Positions 19,901 through 29,618 are shown, numbered from the stretch's first letter. The stretch is 64,000 bases of DNA from Promethearchaeota archaeon (GCA_048938105.1 JBHLMN010000002.1:64001-128000); one strand, 5' to 3'. Numbers and translations are program-made. The notes: generated from the letters alone by a model not told the origin.

Positions 19901-20558
19901 GAGTCCAGCGTTCTGCATCTTCTTTTTCTTTTCGTAATGATTCAACGCGTTTAGCAACTTCATTTACTAATAATTGAAGTTCATCCATTCTTCGTTGGGC
20001 TTCATCTAGCTCTATAAGAGCTGATCTCTTTTTTTCATCAAATTGTCCCACTCCTGCTAGGTTCTCCATCAATTCTCGACGTTGAATAGGATTCATCCCT
20101 ACAATCTCTCCCACCTGACCTTGAGCGATGATGTTGTAAGAATTTATGACATCTATTCCAGCAATACGAAGTTTATCTAAGATATCTGTGCGGGTAGTTC
20201 GTTTTCCATTTAATCTGTAGGTTCCTGAACCATTCTTTTTTAATTCACGGCTGACAATTACTTCCTCTTCTTTGAGAGGAATCGCATAATCAGAATTATC
20301 GAATATGATCTCAACTGTAGCCTTTTCTGCTGGTTTGCGACCTCCAATCCCATTATAGATAAGTCCAACCATCTTTTCTGCTCGCATCGACTTCTTAGAT
20401 AAGGCCCCTAAACAAAAGTTGACGCCATCTATGCTATTTGACTTCCCACTACCATTAGGTCCTACAATTACTGTAAATCCCTTGGCTAGAGGCATTCTGA
20501 CAGTACCAGGTCCATATGACTTCCACCCAGTCATTCTTATCTCCTTAATATGTACCAT
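16971..20558 (-). CDS. smc: Chromosome segregation protein SMC
   Basis: Walker A GPNGSGKSN; Q-loop IIAQGQV; hinge GDVFYSNGIIYGG; signature MSGGEK; Walker B/D-loop LDEIDAALD; two coiled-coil arms. Confidence 0.97.
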   Translation of the reverse strand: MVHIKEIRMTGWKSYGPGTVRMPLAKGFTVIVGPNGSGKSNSIDGVNFCLGALSKKSMRAEKMVGLIYNGIGGRKPAEKATVEIIFDNSDYAIPLKEEEVIVSRELKKNGSGTYRLNGKRTTRTDILDKLRIAGIDVINSYNIIAQGQVGEIVGMNPIQRRELMENLAGVGQFDEKKRSALIELDEAQRRMDELQLLVNEVAKRVESLRKEKEDAERWTQLDQEILQLKALLISYSFHNNQQNASKFDEEIASIRTDQESMVNNRQQIDGNIEEITEKIRSLEDQTIRLETSLSEIRSSAEEKNIEKTKIEEKTEYNKKTIDSNEKRIKQLKERLDQIKRKTEEDIKTKEKLEETRKELQNKIEETQNQRTSIETELEQKNRQYEEIKNEYDDAERRYKVENDRLTKTQVSFEVSQNMVTAFQNNVNEYERRQKELEEQIQTSQLKSQELSRSLEEDNIKIEEARSKVGEVDQKKLNLESRIESLETESRELNDKYLVLKARIDTISSFMKSEEGKENPAVSFISTKTNDNEIQGILGEFQNLSSEGESLPTEVGHLSDAIITDTIDSALNCIQILKDNAVGAANFIPLEKFKLKTTDKFSNIVKKIREQNEVVNDLKQAANTWRKRGQTVSTVEGDVFYSNGIIYGGFHLAAAQETVDELRTEMNTTHEQRDIINRQLKEEQENKKRLHDLEKVINQSIDNLEKQIRDATIQLTQQENEISLYQNNMEKNKQELEPLQKQLQDRLKSREEQQKEMEFYEENVEKIATETKEIEERLEAADTRPLLEKMNQVEQQLGKIQGKLTGVESRIEALETSKGEKEQRSTETSNEINSVEVENANLTGELQVLEEQRLQLEEQLIKILENEEEVSKEMKDVKSDLGTQKKYQGQLIKDKEKLNEKIAKFEEKITEIKLQRERLTVELENLQNEALENNIEILPPDAEELKEVNESKITKEIDQKSDEKKRLEPVNMRALKEFQEENARYIELLDRRDILIEERQVILDFIEEIETEKYSVFMKVYRSVNKHFGLIFHELSGGDARLILEKDPKKGEDIFEGGMFIEAHPAGKKVASLESMSGGEKALTALAFIFAVQTVDAQPFYILDEIDAALDPMNVRRVAKLLHSMSRSVGQDEPDGKEVKKSIKSTPRAQFLVISHRDILMAWADRLYGCTNVKGLSSVFSIQMSEEKQLERAEGF

Positions 20559-21124
20559 TGGCTTTACCTCAATGTAAGTGAGAATTGGTAGTTGTTTTTT
20601 ATATTGTTTTTCAATTTTACATTTTAAATAGCAGTATTTACTTTAAAAAAAGCATCTCAATGAGAAATTGAGGAGATGCTGGCGATTTATACTATTATGA
20701 TTTAGTGATTAAAGCCATTCCTTTTAAATCTTCATAAGTTTCTGGAATTAGCTTCATTCTCCTCATTATAAAAGTATTCAAACATATTATCACAGAGGCT
20801 TAAGCTTCAAAATTGGCTTAGTAGAGGGATTATGTAACTTTATCGTTATTAAAGTAATCTCATGGATAGAGAGTAATTTGAACCGACATCTAAGGTTTAT
20901 CTTAAATACAATAACATTGATGATGTGCACTTCTTGTCTTAATATATGAGAAATAATGATATTATTTTCACCTTATTTTTTAGCCTAATAACCGTTCAGA
21001 AAACATAGATCGCATTGATATCAAAGAAATTCCGATTAATTTGAATAAAGAAGAATTAATGAACTTTTCTGAAGGATGGCTAAAAAACGAAATTAGATCC
21101 AAAAAATGATCAGAGTAACATGAA

Positions 21125-22597
21125 GTGTCGCAAATGGATCAAGAAAAGTCTAAAAGAAAATATAATTTCCTCACAACTGAAAAATTAAGAGAGTCGCGAT
21201 TCTTATCTCAAAAAATCAGGAATATCGTTGCTCTAGGCGTTTTTGGGATGGCTAACGCTATCATTATTGCATTTATTATTGCTTACTTCAATCTCTCCTA
21301 TTTACAAGGATCCGATGCCTTTGGATTGGGTTTATCTCCAGAGCTTGCAGAGACTATCTTTAGTTATTCAATCGCTGCAGGTTCAATTGGATTTTTAGGA
21401 ACCGTGATCATTGGGGGAGCTTTTTCTGATGATTATCGCTCAAAATATGGAGCTCGTGCGCCTTATATTTTGGGTGGATGTTTAATTGCCGGGATAATGC
21501 TCCTTCTCACTCCAATTTTTGCAGGGACAGTCGACGAGGACTTGATGGTAATTATTTTTCCAATGTGCTTTTTCCTAATATATGTAGGATTAGGATTAGC
21601 CTCCTCCCCTAATGGAGCCTTATTATCAGAGTTATTTACCAAGGAACAGCGAGGATGGGTGGGTTTGATTTTAGCTGGATTTACAATCTCGGGTAGTTTA
21701 ATCGGATTAGTATTTTTCGATTTTTTTACAACACTTCTCTTAGATTTTGGCCAATCTCTACAGATTCCATTTCTAGCAGAATTTAGTTTATTCTTATTTC
21801 CTGCTTTAGTAATAATAATAAGTGGATTTCTAGTGTTTTTCTTAGTAGAAAAAGCAAATCCCCCATATCCACCCATTGACTCTCCTATTACCGATATTCT
21901 ACAAACACCTCGGTATCTTTTAAATTTTTCTGGATCAGATTTTGGTAAGATGTTCTTTGTGCAATCATTTTGGGGTTTTGCAAGTGAGGCTGTTGCATTA
22001 TATCTAATAATCCACTTAGTTGCTGCAGGGCTTCCAGAAGATGATGCCCCCATTGCATTACTAGTGACAGGTGTGGTTTCAGCTATTATGGCAATTCCAG
22101 CTGGGCTTTTCATTCAAAAGTTTGGGAAAGTGAAAACAGCTATCGTTGGTTCGTTGATTTATTCTGGATTCTGCTTTTTGCTTGCAGGTATTGAAATTGG
22201 GAATTATTCTAATATATTCATAATAATTATTGCCATTGGAGGTTTTGGAGCGGTTTTCATTGAATCTGTTCGTGCATCCTTACCTGCTGATCTTGTTCCT
22301 GAAGGAAAAGAAGCCCAATTCATGGGGATCAACAAATTTGGATCGCTCTGGACACAACCTTTTGTAGCAATTTTAGGTGGTTTTTTACTCACAGCTTTAG
22401 TTGATTGGGACTATTCTTTCACTGCTATCATGTTTATATTAGCTGGTTTTGCTTCCCTAATTGCAACATTTCTTTTGTTCCTCATTTCATACGAAAAGAT
22501 GGTACGTAATGAGTACAAGAAGTTTTACAAACGCTATTTAATGGCCAAAGGCTTTTTTGAGGAAAAGATCAACGGGATTCTTGATGCTATTATCTAG
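21125..22597 (+). CDS. MFS transporter
   Basis: About 12 hydrophobic segments; GAFSDDYRSKYGARAPY motif A; second-half KFGKVK. Confidence 0.9.
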   Translation: MSQMDQEKSKRKYNFLTTEKLRESRFLSQKIRNIVALGVFGMANAIIIAFIIAYFNLSYLQGSDAFGLGLSPELAETIFSYSIAAGSIGFLGTVIIGGAFSDDYRSKYGARAPYILGGCLIAGIMLLLTPIFAGTVDEDLMVIIFPMCFFLIYVGLGLASSPNGALLSELFTKEQRGWVGLILAGFTISGSLIGLVFFDFFTTLLLDFGQSLQIPFLAEFSLFLFPALVIIISGFLVFFLVEKANPPYPPIDSPITDILQTPRYLLNFSGSDFGKMFFVQSFWGFASEAVALYLIIHLVAAGLPEDDAPIALLVTGVVSAIMAIPAGLFIQKFGKVKTAIVGSLIYSGFCFLLAGIEIGNYSNIFIIIIAIGGFGAVFIESVRASLPADLVPEGKEAQFMGINKFGSLWTQPFVAILGGFLLTALVDWDYSFTAIMFILAGFASLIATFLLFLISYEKMVRNEYKKFYKRYLMAKGFFEEKINGILDAII

Positions 22598-22635
22598 GAT
22601 CGCTAATCATCTAAAATTATTTAGATTATAAGCAT

Positions 22636-23196
22636 TTACGATATTCTTTGGCGTTTTTTACCTTCAACAATAAGGATTCCTAAATGAGAAAATGGTGCTT
22701 CTATACCTTCACCAGATTTTGCAGAGCATAAATAATAACCTGAAAGATTATTTTTTTTTGCAAAATTGTTAGCAACCTCCGCTACTAGGTCTCTTGTTTC
22801 CATAGATACTGAGTCCAATTTATTTCCAAGTAAAACGATTGGAATGTCGGATTTATTGTGTTCTCGAATCATTCTTAACCATTCAGGCAATTCTGAGAGA
22901 GTTTGGATTCTTGATGTGTCAAAAGCCACCAATGCCCCAGATGATCCTTGACAATAACCTGGAAAGAGTGATCGAAACCGATCTTCTCCTGCGTAATCCC
23001 AGTATGCAACTCGTAAAATTGTTTCCCCAACTTCCTGATCTCTGACTAAAAAATTAATACCCACTGTACTGACCGCAGGAATAAAATTATTTGTTTCATA
23101 TCGTTTTAATAGTGTGGTTTTGCCCACTCCTCCAGGGCCTGCTACCACAACTTTAACTGTAAGAGTACTTGCGTCAGCGATAAATCTTGTTTTCAT
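22636..23196 (-). CDS. Rab-like small GTPase
   Basis: GPGGVGKT, STVGINF, WDYAGEDRFRSL, NKLD, SAK. Confidence 0.92.
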   Translation of the reverse strand: MKTRFIADASTLTVKVVVAGPGGVGKTTLLKRYETNNFIPAVSTVGINFLVRDQEVGETILRVAYWDYAGEDRFRSLFPGYCQGSSGALVAFDTSRIQTLSELPEWLRMIREHNKSDIPIVLLGNKLDSVSMETRDLVAEVANNFAKKNNLSGYYLCSAKSGEGIEAPFSHLGILIVEGKKRQRIS

Positions 23197-23231
23197 TTGA
23201 AAAGAAACCTCTTAAATTCATGATTCAATTG

Positions 23232-23771
23232 TTATTTCTGCTGCTGTTGGATAATAAAGATAGCAATTCGTTGAAATACTCTTTGAGTGTTTTCTCCTGT
23301 TACCGCACTTGTTTTAACATATTCTACAATACTTGGATATCTATTCCTGAATGCATTGATCTTTAACGGAGATGTTGAGATTCCTAAGTCTGCTTTTGTA
23401 GACACCAGAAAGTTAACACTTTTCTTTTTTTTCGTTTGATGTGTTCTTTGTTCGTAGACTCTTATCCAGTCATGAAGAGCGTCTAACGTTTCCTCTCGCG
23501 ATGGATCGAAAGCAAGAATCAAACCATCACAATCAGATGCATATTGGGGGAAGATTTTCCTGAAACTCGGCTCCCCTCCAAAATCAAATAGATGAATCAC
23601 TACTGTTGATCCACTGTCCAAAGTTAATGTTTTAATTGTGAAATCAAAGCCAACAGTGGAGTATAAACCCTTCAAAGGGAACTGATTGTGAATAAACCTA
23701 TGTACGAGGGTTGATTTGCCAACATGTTTCTCTCCTGCAATCACTATCTTAAGAGGTCTTTCCATCGTCAC
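23232..23771 (-). CDS. Rab-like small GTPase, divergent G motifs
   Basis: GEKHVGKS, STVGFDF, DFGGE, STKAD, TSAV. Confidence 0.85.
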   Translation of the reverse strand: MTMERPLKIVIAGEKHVGKSTLVHRFIHNQFPLKGLYSTVGFDFTIKTLTLDSGSTVVIHLFDFGGEPSFRKIFPQYASDCDGLILAFDPSREETLDALHDWIRVYEQRTHQTKKKKSVNFLVSTKADLGISTSPLKINAFRNRYPSIVEYVKTSAVTGENTQRVFQRIAIFIIQQQQK

Positions 23772-23886
23772 AGCTGTTCACATCACGTCTATTTTGATTC
23801 CATCCTCTGATTAAATACTTTCTTTCTAAGAAGAATCTTCCTATTTTGACTTCACCCCATTCATTTTGATGGGTTCAAGTTTCTCA

Positions 23887-25269
23887 TTATTTATCTTCAT
23901 TCGTAAAGTTCTCAACGGTGTTAGTTTCAACTGGCTTTTTGGATATATTATCAACATTTTTGGAAGATGTCTGGTTTTTTTGAAAGGTAGAACTTGGTAT
24001 TTGAATTTCAGAAGTTTTGATGAGTAGTGCGATTTCTTCTGCTTGAACTGCGACCTTAGATAACAAAGAAAAGACTACCTCATATTTTTCATTAACTTTC
24101 CGATCAATAATTGCCAGAATTTCATCTTGAAATCCTTCTAATTGCTGTTGATAATTCTTAATACTCGTATTTTGCTCCTCCATTATTGTTTCGTATTCTT
24201 GAACATTTTTCTGGAGTCCTTCCACCAAATCGTCTCGAGTTTTCTGAGCCTCAGTTCTTAATTCATTTGCCAAATCAGCGATTGTTTGTTGAAGTTCTTT
24301 ACCTATCTTTTTAGGTGTAAAACTGGCTGAAACTTCATCAAGGATCTGTGTATCTGATTCTTTCAAGGACTGTGCCATAATCGTCAATTCAGTTCGGATA
24401 TTCTCGTTATAGCTTTCAACAATTCGTGAAAAATTATCAAAAAGAGCTTTTTGATCTTCCTTTGCTAAACTAATTAATTCTTTTAATTTATGTTTAAATT
24501 GACTTAAACTTACCCTCAGCTCCTCCAGAAGAGTAGCATGATTTTCTTTATGCTTTTCAAGCTGCTCTAATCCATCCCCTACTAATTCTATAGTTTTTGC
24601 TAAAGTATCAAACCGTTCTTGAGTTTTTTCAGCATGATCCTTTAATTCCGATTGAGTTGTTTCTTGATCTTGATTTAAATTGGAAATTCTTTCATTGATG
24701 CCCTCAATGGTTGTATTGAACTCTTCTTTTTGAATACGATGTTGAATTTCTGTATCTTGCTCCTTAAGGGCCTGTTGTTGGGATAAAATTAAATTTTTTT
24801 GATTACTCTGAATTTTTTCAATCTCAGTAAATTGGGTTGAGATTTCCTCAAATTTCTGTTCAATAGCTGAGGTCTGTTGTTCCAATTTTTCTTCTAGATT
24901 GCCGAATTGGGTCGAAACTTCTTCAAATTTCTGTTCTATAGCTGAGGTCTGTTGTTCCAATTTTTCTTCTAGATTACCGAATTGGGTCGAAACTTCTTCA
25001 AGATTTTGTTCTATATTTGAGATTTGTTGTTCAAATTTTCCCTCTAAACGACTAAATTGGTTTTCTGTTTCATCAAATCTTGTACCTAGGTTCAAATCCC
25101 AATCCTGTAATTTCTTTTCCCACTCCTCTATCTTTGAACTAGCTTGTTCTAAGTCGGTTGTGATCTTTTCGATCATTGCCTTATTTTGTTCTACAACTTT
25201 TGTCAAATCAATGATTCCTTGGGCAAGTTGTAGATCAATTTCATCTTGAGGGTTAGAGTTTTGAGTCAA
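23887..25269 (-). CDS. Long coiled-coil protein with internal 25-aa tandem repeats
   Basis: Q/E/K-rich helical sequence containing the repeat FGNLEEKLEQQTSAIEQKFEEVSTQ. Confidence 0.85.
   Translation of the reverse strand: MTQNSNPQDEIDLQLAQGIIDLTKVVEQNKAMIEKITTDLEQASSKIEEWEKKLQDWDLNLGTRFDETENQFSRLEGKFEQQISNIEQNLEEVSTQFGNLEEKLEQQTSAIEQKFEEVSTQFGNLEEKLEQQTSAIEQKFEEISTQFTEIEKIQSNQKNLILSQQQALKEQDTEIQHRIQKEEFNTTIEGINERISNLNQDQETTQSELKDHAEKTQERFDTLAKTIELVGDGLEQLEKHKENHATLLEELRVSLSQFKHKLKELISLAKEDQKALFDNFSRIVESYNENIRTELTIMAQSLKESDTQILDEVSASFTPKKIGKELQQTIADLANELRTEAQKTRDDLVEGLQKNVQEYETIMEEQNTSIKNYQQQLEGFQDEILAIIDRKVNEKYEVVFSLLSKVAVQAEEIALLIKTSEIQIPSSTFQKNQTSSKNVDNISKKPVETNTVENFTNEDK
24830..25062. 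repeat. 75-bp coding tandem repeat, about 3 units
   Basis: AATTGG(G/T)T recurs at 24830, 24905, 24980 and 25055. Two units are nearly identical. Confidence 0.9.
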
Positions 25270-25720
25270 AATTAATTTTCTCCTTCAAAATTGTCGTTGT
25301 ATTGCTGAGTGCTATTCGAATATCTTCCAATCGGTTGACCAGTTTTGTTTCGATACCTTCTTGACGTATAAACTCTTCTATATTGATTTGTTTTTTGACT
25401 ACAGGTAGGAAACGTTTCCAATGTGATGCTACTTCTTGAATATTTTTTGGTGCAGTAAGAATTACTATTTTCGTCTGATCATTCAGGAAGTCTACCAAAG
25501 CACCAACTTTCCTATCGTCTATTTTTACTTCCGAAACGCCAGCTTGGAGATCAGGGTACCTTTTGAGTACTAAAAGAGAATCAGCTCTTTGTTGGATTAT
25601 AGGGAAGACTTCTTGGGGAGTTTGTAGAAATATCCCATTAACAGAAAATCCTTCTGCAAATTTCTGAAGTACTATTCTGAGACTCACTATAAATCCCAAG
25701 CTATTAGCAAAAATACTCAA
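25253..25720 (-). CDS. Hypothetical protein, possible roadblock/profilin-like fold
   Basis: Apparent helix-strand-strand-helix-strand-strand-strand-helix pattern; overlaps the next gene. Confidence 0.55.
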   Translation of the reverse strand: MSIFANSLGFIVSLRIVLQKFAEGFSVNGIFLQTPQEVFPIIQQRADSLLVLKRYPDLQAGVSEVKIDDRKVGALVDFLNDQTKIVILTAPKNIQEVASHWKRFLPVVKKQINIEEFIRQEGIETKLVNRLEDIRIALSNTTTILKEKINFDSKL

Positions 25721-26018
25721 ATTTATCCAATTTTCTGAGTTTAATAGTAAATTTATTAATTTAAAAACTTTATTTGTTATTCTTACAATCCAAGTACTAT
25801 TTGGTTTACATACTAATGGCTTAGTATTTTTGTCTTATTATTTAAAGAAAATTATAGAACAACAATTGAGAGAGTAAACTTAACAGAGCTTTTAATCCAT
25901 TACAATCCCTTTAGTAAAAAAGAAGACTTTTGGTATTTAAATGAACATTACCCCCTATCGTCAGTGGACATAAAGATTATTGTTAAATTAATCAACAAAA
26001 AGTTCTATAAAAACTCAC

Positions 26019-26741
26019 TTGGATGTAATATCTATGAATAAAAATACTCCTACAGAACATTTAACGGTGATTATTCCCACATTAAATGAAAGTAGTAATA
26101 TTAGCAAAATGGTACCTGAATTACTATCATTATACCCTCAAGTTTCGATTATTATTTCTGATGACGGATCGACCGATGGAACCGATGAAATTATTCTGAA
26201 TTGGAGCAAAAAAAATCCGAAAGTTCGTTTTTTGGATCGGAAAAATGAATCAGTCAAAGGCTTAACAATATCCCTTGTTGATGCATTGAAAACAACAACA
26301 ACTGATTATTTTATCGTTATTGACTGTGATTTCCAACATCCTCCTGAACGAATTGCAGACGGACTTCAGTTACTGTCAGAAGGATATGAATTAGTTATTG
26401 GAACCCGTTCAAGTGTCGAAGGATGGGGTTTTCGTCGTAAGATGATTTCTTGGGGGGCACTTACTCTCGGGAAAATCTCATTGTTGATAAGACGGCGGCC
26501 ACGCCCTAAAGACATAGTGAGTGGTTTCTTCGGGGGGAAAACTCAATTTATACTGGAGCTTATCGCTCAAAATCCCAAAACTATTTCCCCAAAAGGATAC
26601 AAACTGCTGTTTGATCTACTTAAGGTAATGCCAAAGAAGACTTCAATTGGGGAATTTCCTTATGCTTTCCAAACACGAAAAGCGGGAGAATCAAAGATTA
26701 GCATGAAACATATCTTGGTTTACTTTAGGTCGCTTTTTTAA
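26019..26741 (+). CDS. GT2 glycosyltransferase, dolichol-phosphate mannosyltransferase (DPM1)-like
   Basis: VIIPTLNE, DDGSTDGT, IDCDFQHPPE, VIGTR and R.AGESK motifs. Confidence 0.9.
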   Translation: MDVISMNKNTPTEHLTVIIPTLNESSNISKMVPELLSLYPQVSIIISDDGSTDGTDEIILNWSKKNPKVRFLDRKNESVKGLTISLVDALKTTTTDYFIVIDCDFQHPPERIADGLQLLSEGYELVIGTRSSVEGWGFRRKMISWGALTLGKISLLIRRRPRPKDIVSGFFGGKTQFILELIAQNPKTISPKGYKLLFDLLKVMPKKTSIGEFPYAFQTRKAGESKISMKHILVYFRSLF

Positions 26742-26843
26742 ACTCTAACAAATTTTACTACAATTTTCAAGGATAAATTCTTTCCCAAAAGGAGTTCATG
26801 AAGACAATACTTGAGTAGTTAAAAGTAAAAAAAAAGAAAGAAT

Positions 26844-27473
26844 TCAGTATTGCCTTGAGACACGTTGAGCTCGTTGTTGAGCTGCTGCTCGCAATCGACT
26901 TGTTGTAGTTCGACTTGTTTTTCGTTGTTTATCAACAAATCTCATGATATTTTCTCCAAGTAGAGAAAATGCAGCTTGAATGTTAACCCCCGTCTTGGCA
27001 GATGTTTCGATGAAGTAACAATCAAATCCTTCCGGTCTAGTCAGCTTTGTAAGACGATCTGTGAAAATCCTTCCTTGTTCTGGAGAAATTGTATCATCAG
27101 ATAATTCACGCATGTCAATCTTATTAGCGACAACGACAATGGGTACTCGACCACGACCATTATTAGTCCACAGTTCGTTGATCCATTTAGGAGTGTTGAA
27201 GTAGGAATCAGGACGGGTCACATCATAGACTAATAATGCTCCTACACTGCCTTTGTAGTAGACTTCTCGAACCGCATCAAAGCGTTGTTGTCCTGCTAAA
27301 TCCCATATTTGGTATCGGATGGGTTCACCTTTGACAGAATCATCTCTCATAGCGAAATCTGCGCCAATTGTCAGAAGATATTGGGCTTTGAAACCTTTAC
27401 CAAGATATCGCTCTCGGATAGCAGTTTTACCGACTCCACCATCGCCAATTAATACGATCTTAAGAACAGTCAC
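26844..27473 (-). CDS. Rab-like small GTPase with a polybasic C-terminal tail
   Basis: GDGGVGKT, TIGADF, WDLAGQQRF, NKID, ETSAK; Arg-rich tail with no CAAX. Confidence 0.95.
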   Translation of the reverse strand: MTVLKIVLIGDGGVGKTAIRERYLGKGFKAQYLLTIGADFAMRDDSVKGEPIRYQIWDLAGQQRFDAVREVYYKGSVGALLVYDVTRPDSYFNTPKWINELWTNNGRGRVPIVVVANKIDMRELSDDTISPEQGRIFTDRLTKLTRPEGFDCYFIETSAKTGVNIQAAFSLLGENIMRFVDKQRKTSRTTTSRLRAAAQQRAQRVSRQY

Positions 27474-27693
27474 GAGCTATCTCTCTTCAATGTTTTTTCA
27501 AGCTTTCAAAGACAGGTGAAATATTTGTTGAATTTTAATATGCTTTACTCGAGAGTCTATCCGAAAGTTTTGAATTTAATCGTTCAAAAAGTCTCAGTTT
27601 TAATAGCTTTTCCACATTAAGAAAGCGATTTTCTTTTTCTTTTTCTGATTTGCTATATTGATTTCCCAATTTAATACCTAGCATAAACGATCT

Positions 27694-29013
27694 TCACATA
27701 AAAATTATTTCAAAGAACCAAATAATATCTTTTAGAAGAGAATATCCAGAATTTATTCCTCTAATTGTTTTGGGAACCTCAATTTTGTATTCTATCCCTC
27801 TATTGGGTTGTCCCTCCACTATTGCCATAATTTCACCCGTATTTGAAATCCTATGAGCAATCCCTGTTCTAACGTGTAATTTTGCAACAATATCTGGTGG
27901 GCCAGATATAGAAATATCTTTCCATGAGTCACTCCAATCTGTTGATCGAGCTTTTTCTTGAAATTCAATCTGGAGTTTAAATACTTCTGATGGGGATTGG
28001 CCAGTTAGAGTAGTGAATAAAGCACGGTCATTTTCAGGAAAAGTAACAATAATTTCTTGAGCAGCTCCCGAAAAGGTTAATATTTTAACTGAATTGGATT
28101 GATATTCAATCTTCTTAGCTTGATAGCTAATAGAGCTAAAAAGGGGTTTATATGGGCTTTCGACAACTTCTCCTAGATCGTGAACGGTATGTGACTTTAT
28201 ATTATCAGTTGAAGTCCAACTAAGGATGGGTTTTTCTGGTTTCGATATAATTTCCTCTTGGGCAGTGGTGGCTATCAATTTTGTATCTAGTTCTTTTTTC
28301 TCTACTACTTCATCTATTGTTAAAGTTGGTTTTTCTGGAAAAATGTGAACTTCGGGTTTTATTATTTTTCCGATACTTCGAGTTAGAAAGCCTTTCTCAG
28401 AAAGTGCACCAACAGTTCCAAGAAGTATGTTAAAAGCTTGAATGAAGCTATTAGAAGTCATTGTTTCCATGCGTACCTGAACAACAGGATTCTCGGGTAA
28501 CCATCTAATAAAATATCCCTCTAAATCAAAGCTTTTCTGCATGAGGGCCCCTAAATCTGTTTGTGTCAATAAATGACGCGGAAAAAAGGCATCATTAGAA
28601 GAAATGATAAATTTTCGATCTATCTGGGGTATTCCTATTTCAATATCGCGAACGTTTCGATTCCATCGGTATTGGGGATCTAAAGAGAGGTTAATTGATC
28701 TTTCTCCTTTTTTAAACTTCTGAGGATCAATTTCTCCTCGTAAAATTAAATCACGATCAGTCTTTTTCGCTTCTTTTTCAGTAATAACTTTGACTTCAAT
28801 GAGCTTAAATGGACCAGCGTTACGAGAATGAATGATTGGATCAGATGAAATCCCTCCATAATCAACAATGACAGTCGAAGGATATCTCCGGCTGAGATAC
28901 CGGTAAACGTCCCGAGCGAAATCCTTTTCTTCTTTAATTGAAGAGTAAATCAGAAAGAAAAAGACATAAATAGCACCAAACAGGAGTAGGCCGATAAAAA
29001 TTAATTCAAACAT
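27694..29013 (-). CDS. Membrane-anchored hypothetical protein
   Basis: One N-terminal TM helix, then two globular regions joined by a charged linker. Confidence 0.75.
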   Translation of the reverse strand: MFELIFIGLLLFGAIYVFFFLIYSSIKEEKDFARDVYRYLSRRYPSTVIVDYGGISSDPIIHSRNAGPFKLIEVKVITEKEAKKTDRDLILRGEIDPQKFKKGERSINLSLDPQYRWNRNVRDIEIGIPQIDRKFIISSNDAFFPRHLLTQTDLGALMQKSFDLEGYFIRWLPENPVVQVRMETMTSNSFIQAFNILLGTVGALSEKGFLTRSIGKIIKPEVHIFPEKPTLTIDEVVEKKELDTKLIATTAQEEIISKPEKPILSWTSTDNIKSHTVHDLGEVVESPYKPLFSSISYQAKKIEYQSNSVKILTFSGAAQEIIVTFPENDRALFTTLTGQSPSEVFKLQIEFQEKARSTDWSDSWKDISISGPPDIVAKLHVRTGIAHRISNTGEIMAIVEGQPNRGIEYKIEVPKTIRGINSGYSLLKDIIWFFEIIFM

Positions 29014-29240
29014 GTAAATATCACCTGAAGGGGGAAATGATCATTAATATTAGAAGAACCACTTCTATTAACCTTAATTAATACTCCAACTTAATTATAT
29101 TGTATAAAGGGAAAAATCTTTTTTTCTGGAAATGATTTCTTCAATAATTTCTTTAATCAGACGTAAGTTAATTTATTGTACCAAAATAAGTTTATAAACT
29201 AGCAGACACATTGAACTACTGAATAATGTAGGAGTTCTGA

Positions 29241-29618
29241 TTGAGGATGGAAAATCAATCAACATTAAAGGAAAACCTCCATGGAAAGTCTTCAACGGTT
29301 AATTTGATAAAATTAAGCATAATTTTGGTTTCAACTTTTTCTATATGTTTATACTTTCTATTTGTTTTCTATAATCCGACTGAATTCTTAAAAATTACAC
29401 CAGGGTTCATTTTCATTATTATATGTTTTTTATGGGGGCCATTACTAATTGTAATTGGAGGATCTTCCTATATTGCCCGAATGTCAACTTTATCAAGAAT
29501 ACCTACTAGCAGCTCATTATACGATGCAATAGTGTTACCCACAATTCAATATGGGCCATTAAAAATAATTCTACCTGTGATTGATGAAGCAAACTTAGTT
29601 GAGGAGAAAGAAGATTAA
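29241..29618 (+). CDS. Two-TM hypothetical protein, possibly truncated
   Basis: Two hydrophobic segments; a decayed zinc-ribbon-like sequence follows in another frame. Confidence 0.55.
   Translation: MRMENQSTLKENLHGKSSTVNLIKLSIILVSTFSICLYFLFVFYNPTEFLKITPGFIFIIICFLWGPLLIVIGGSSYIARMSTLSRIPTSSSLYDAIVLPTIQYGPLKIILPVIDEANLVEEKED

Noticed and set aside
20860-21110. Possible degraded CDS between smc and the MFS gene
   Set aside because: Short interrupted frames (e.g. IDRIDIKEIPINLNKEELMNFSEGWLKNEIRSKK) with no recognisable family; cannot be supported.
21463-22113. 216-aa antisense ORF inside the MFS gene
   Set aside because: Shadow of a hydrophobic coding strand with no recognisable motifs. The same applies to the other short antisense or nested ORFs in por, smc, rocD, polB and mvaA.
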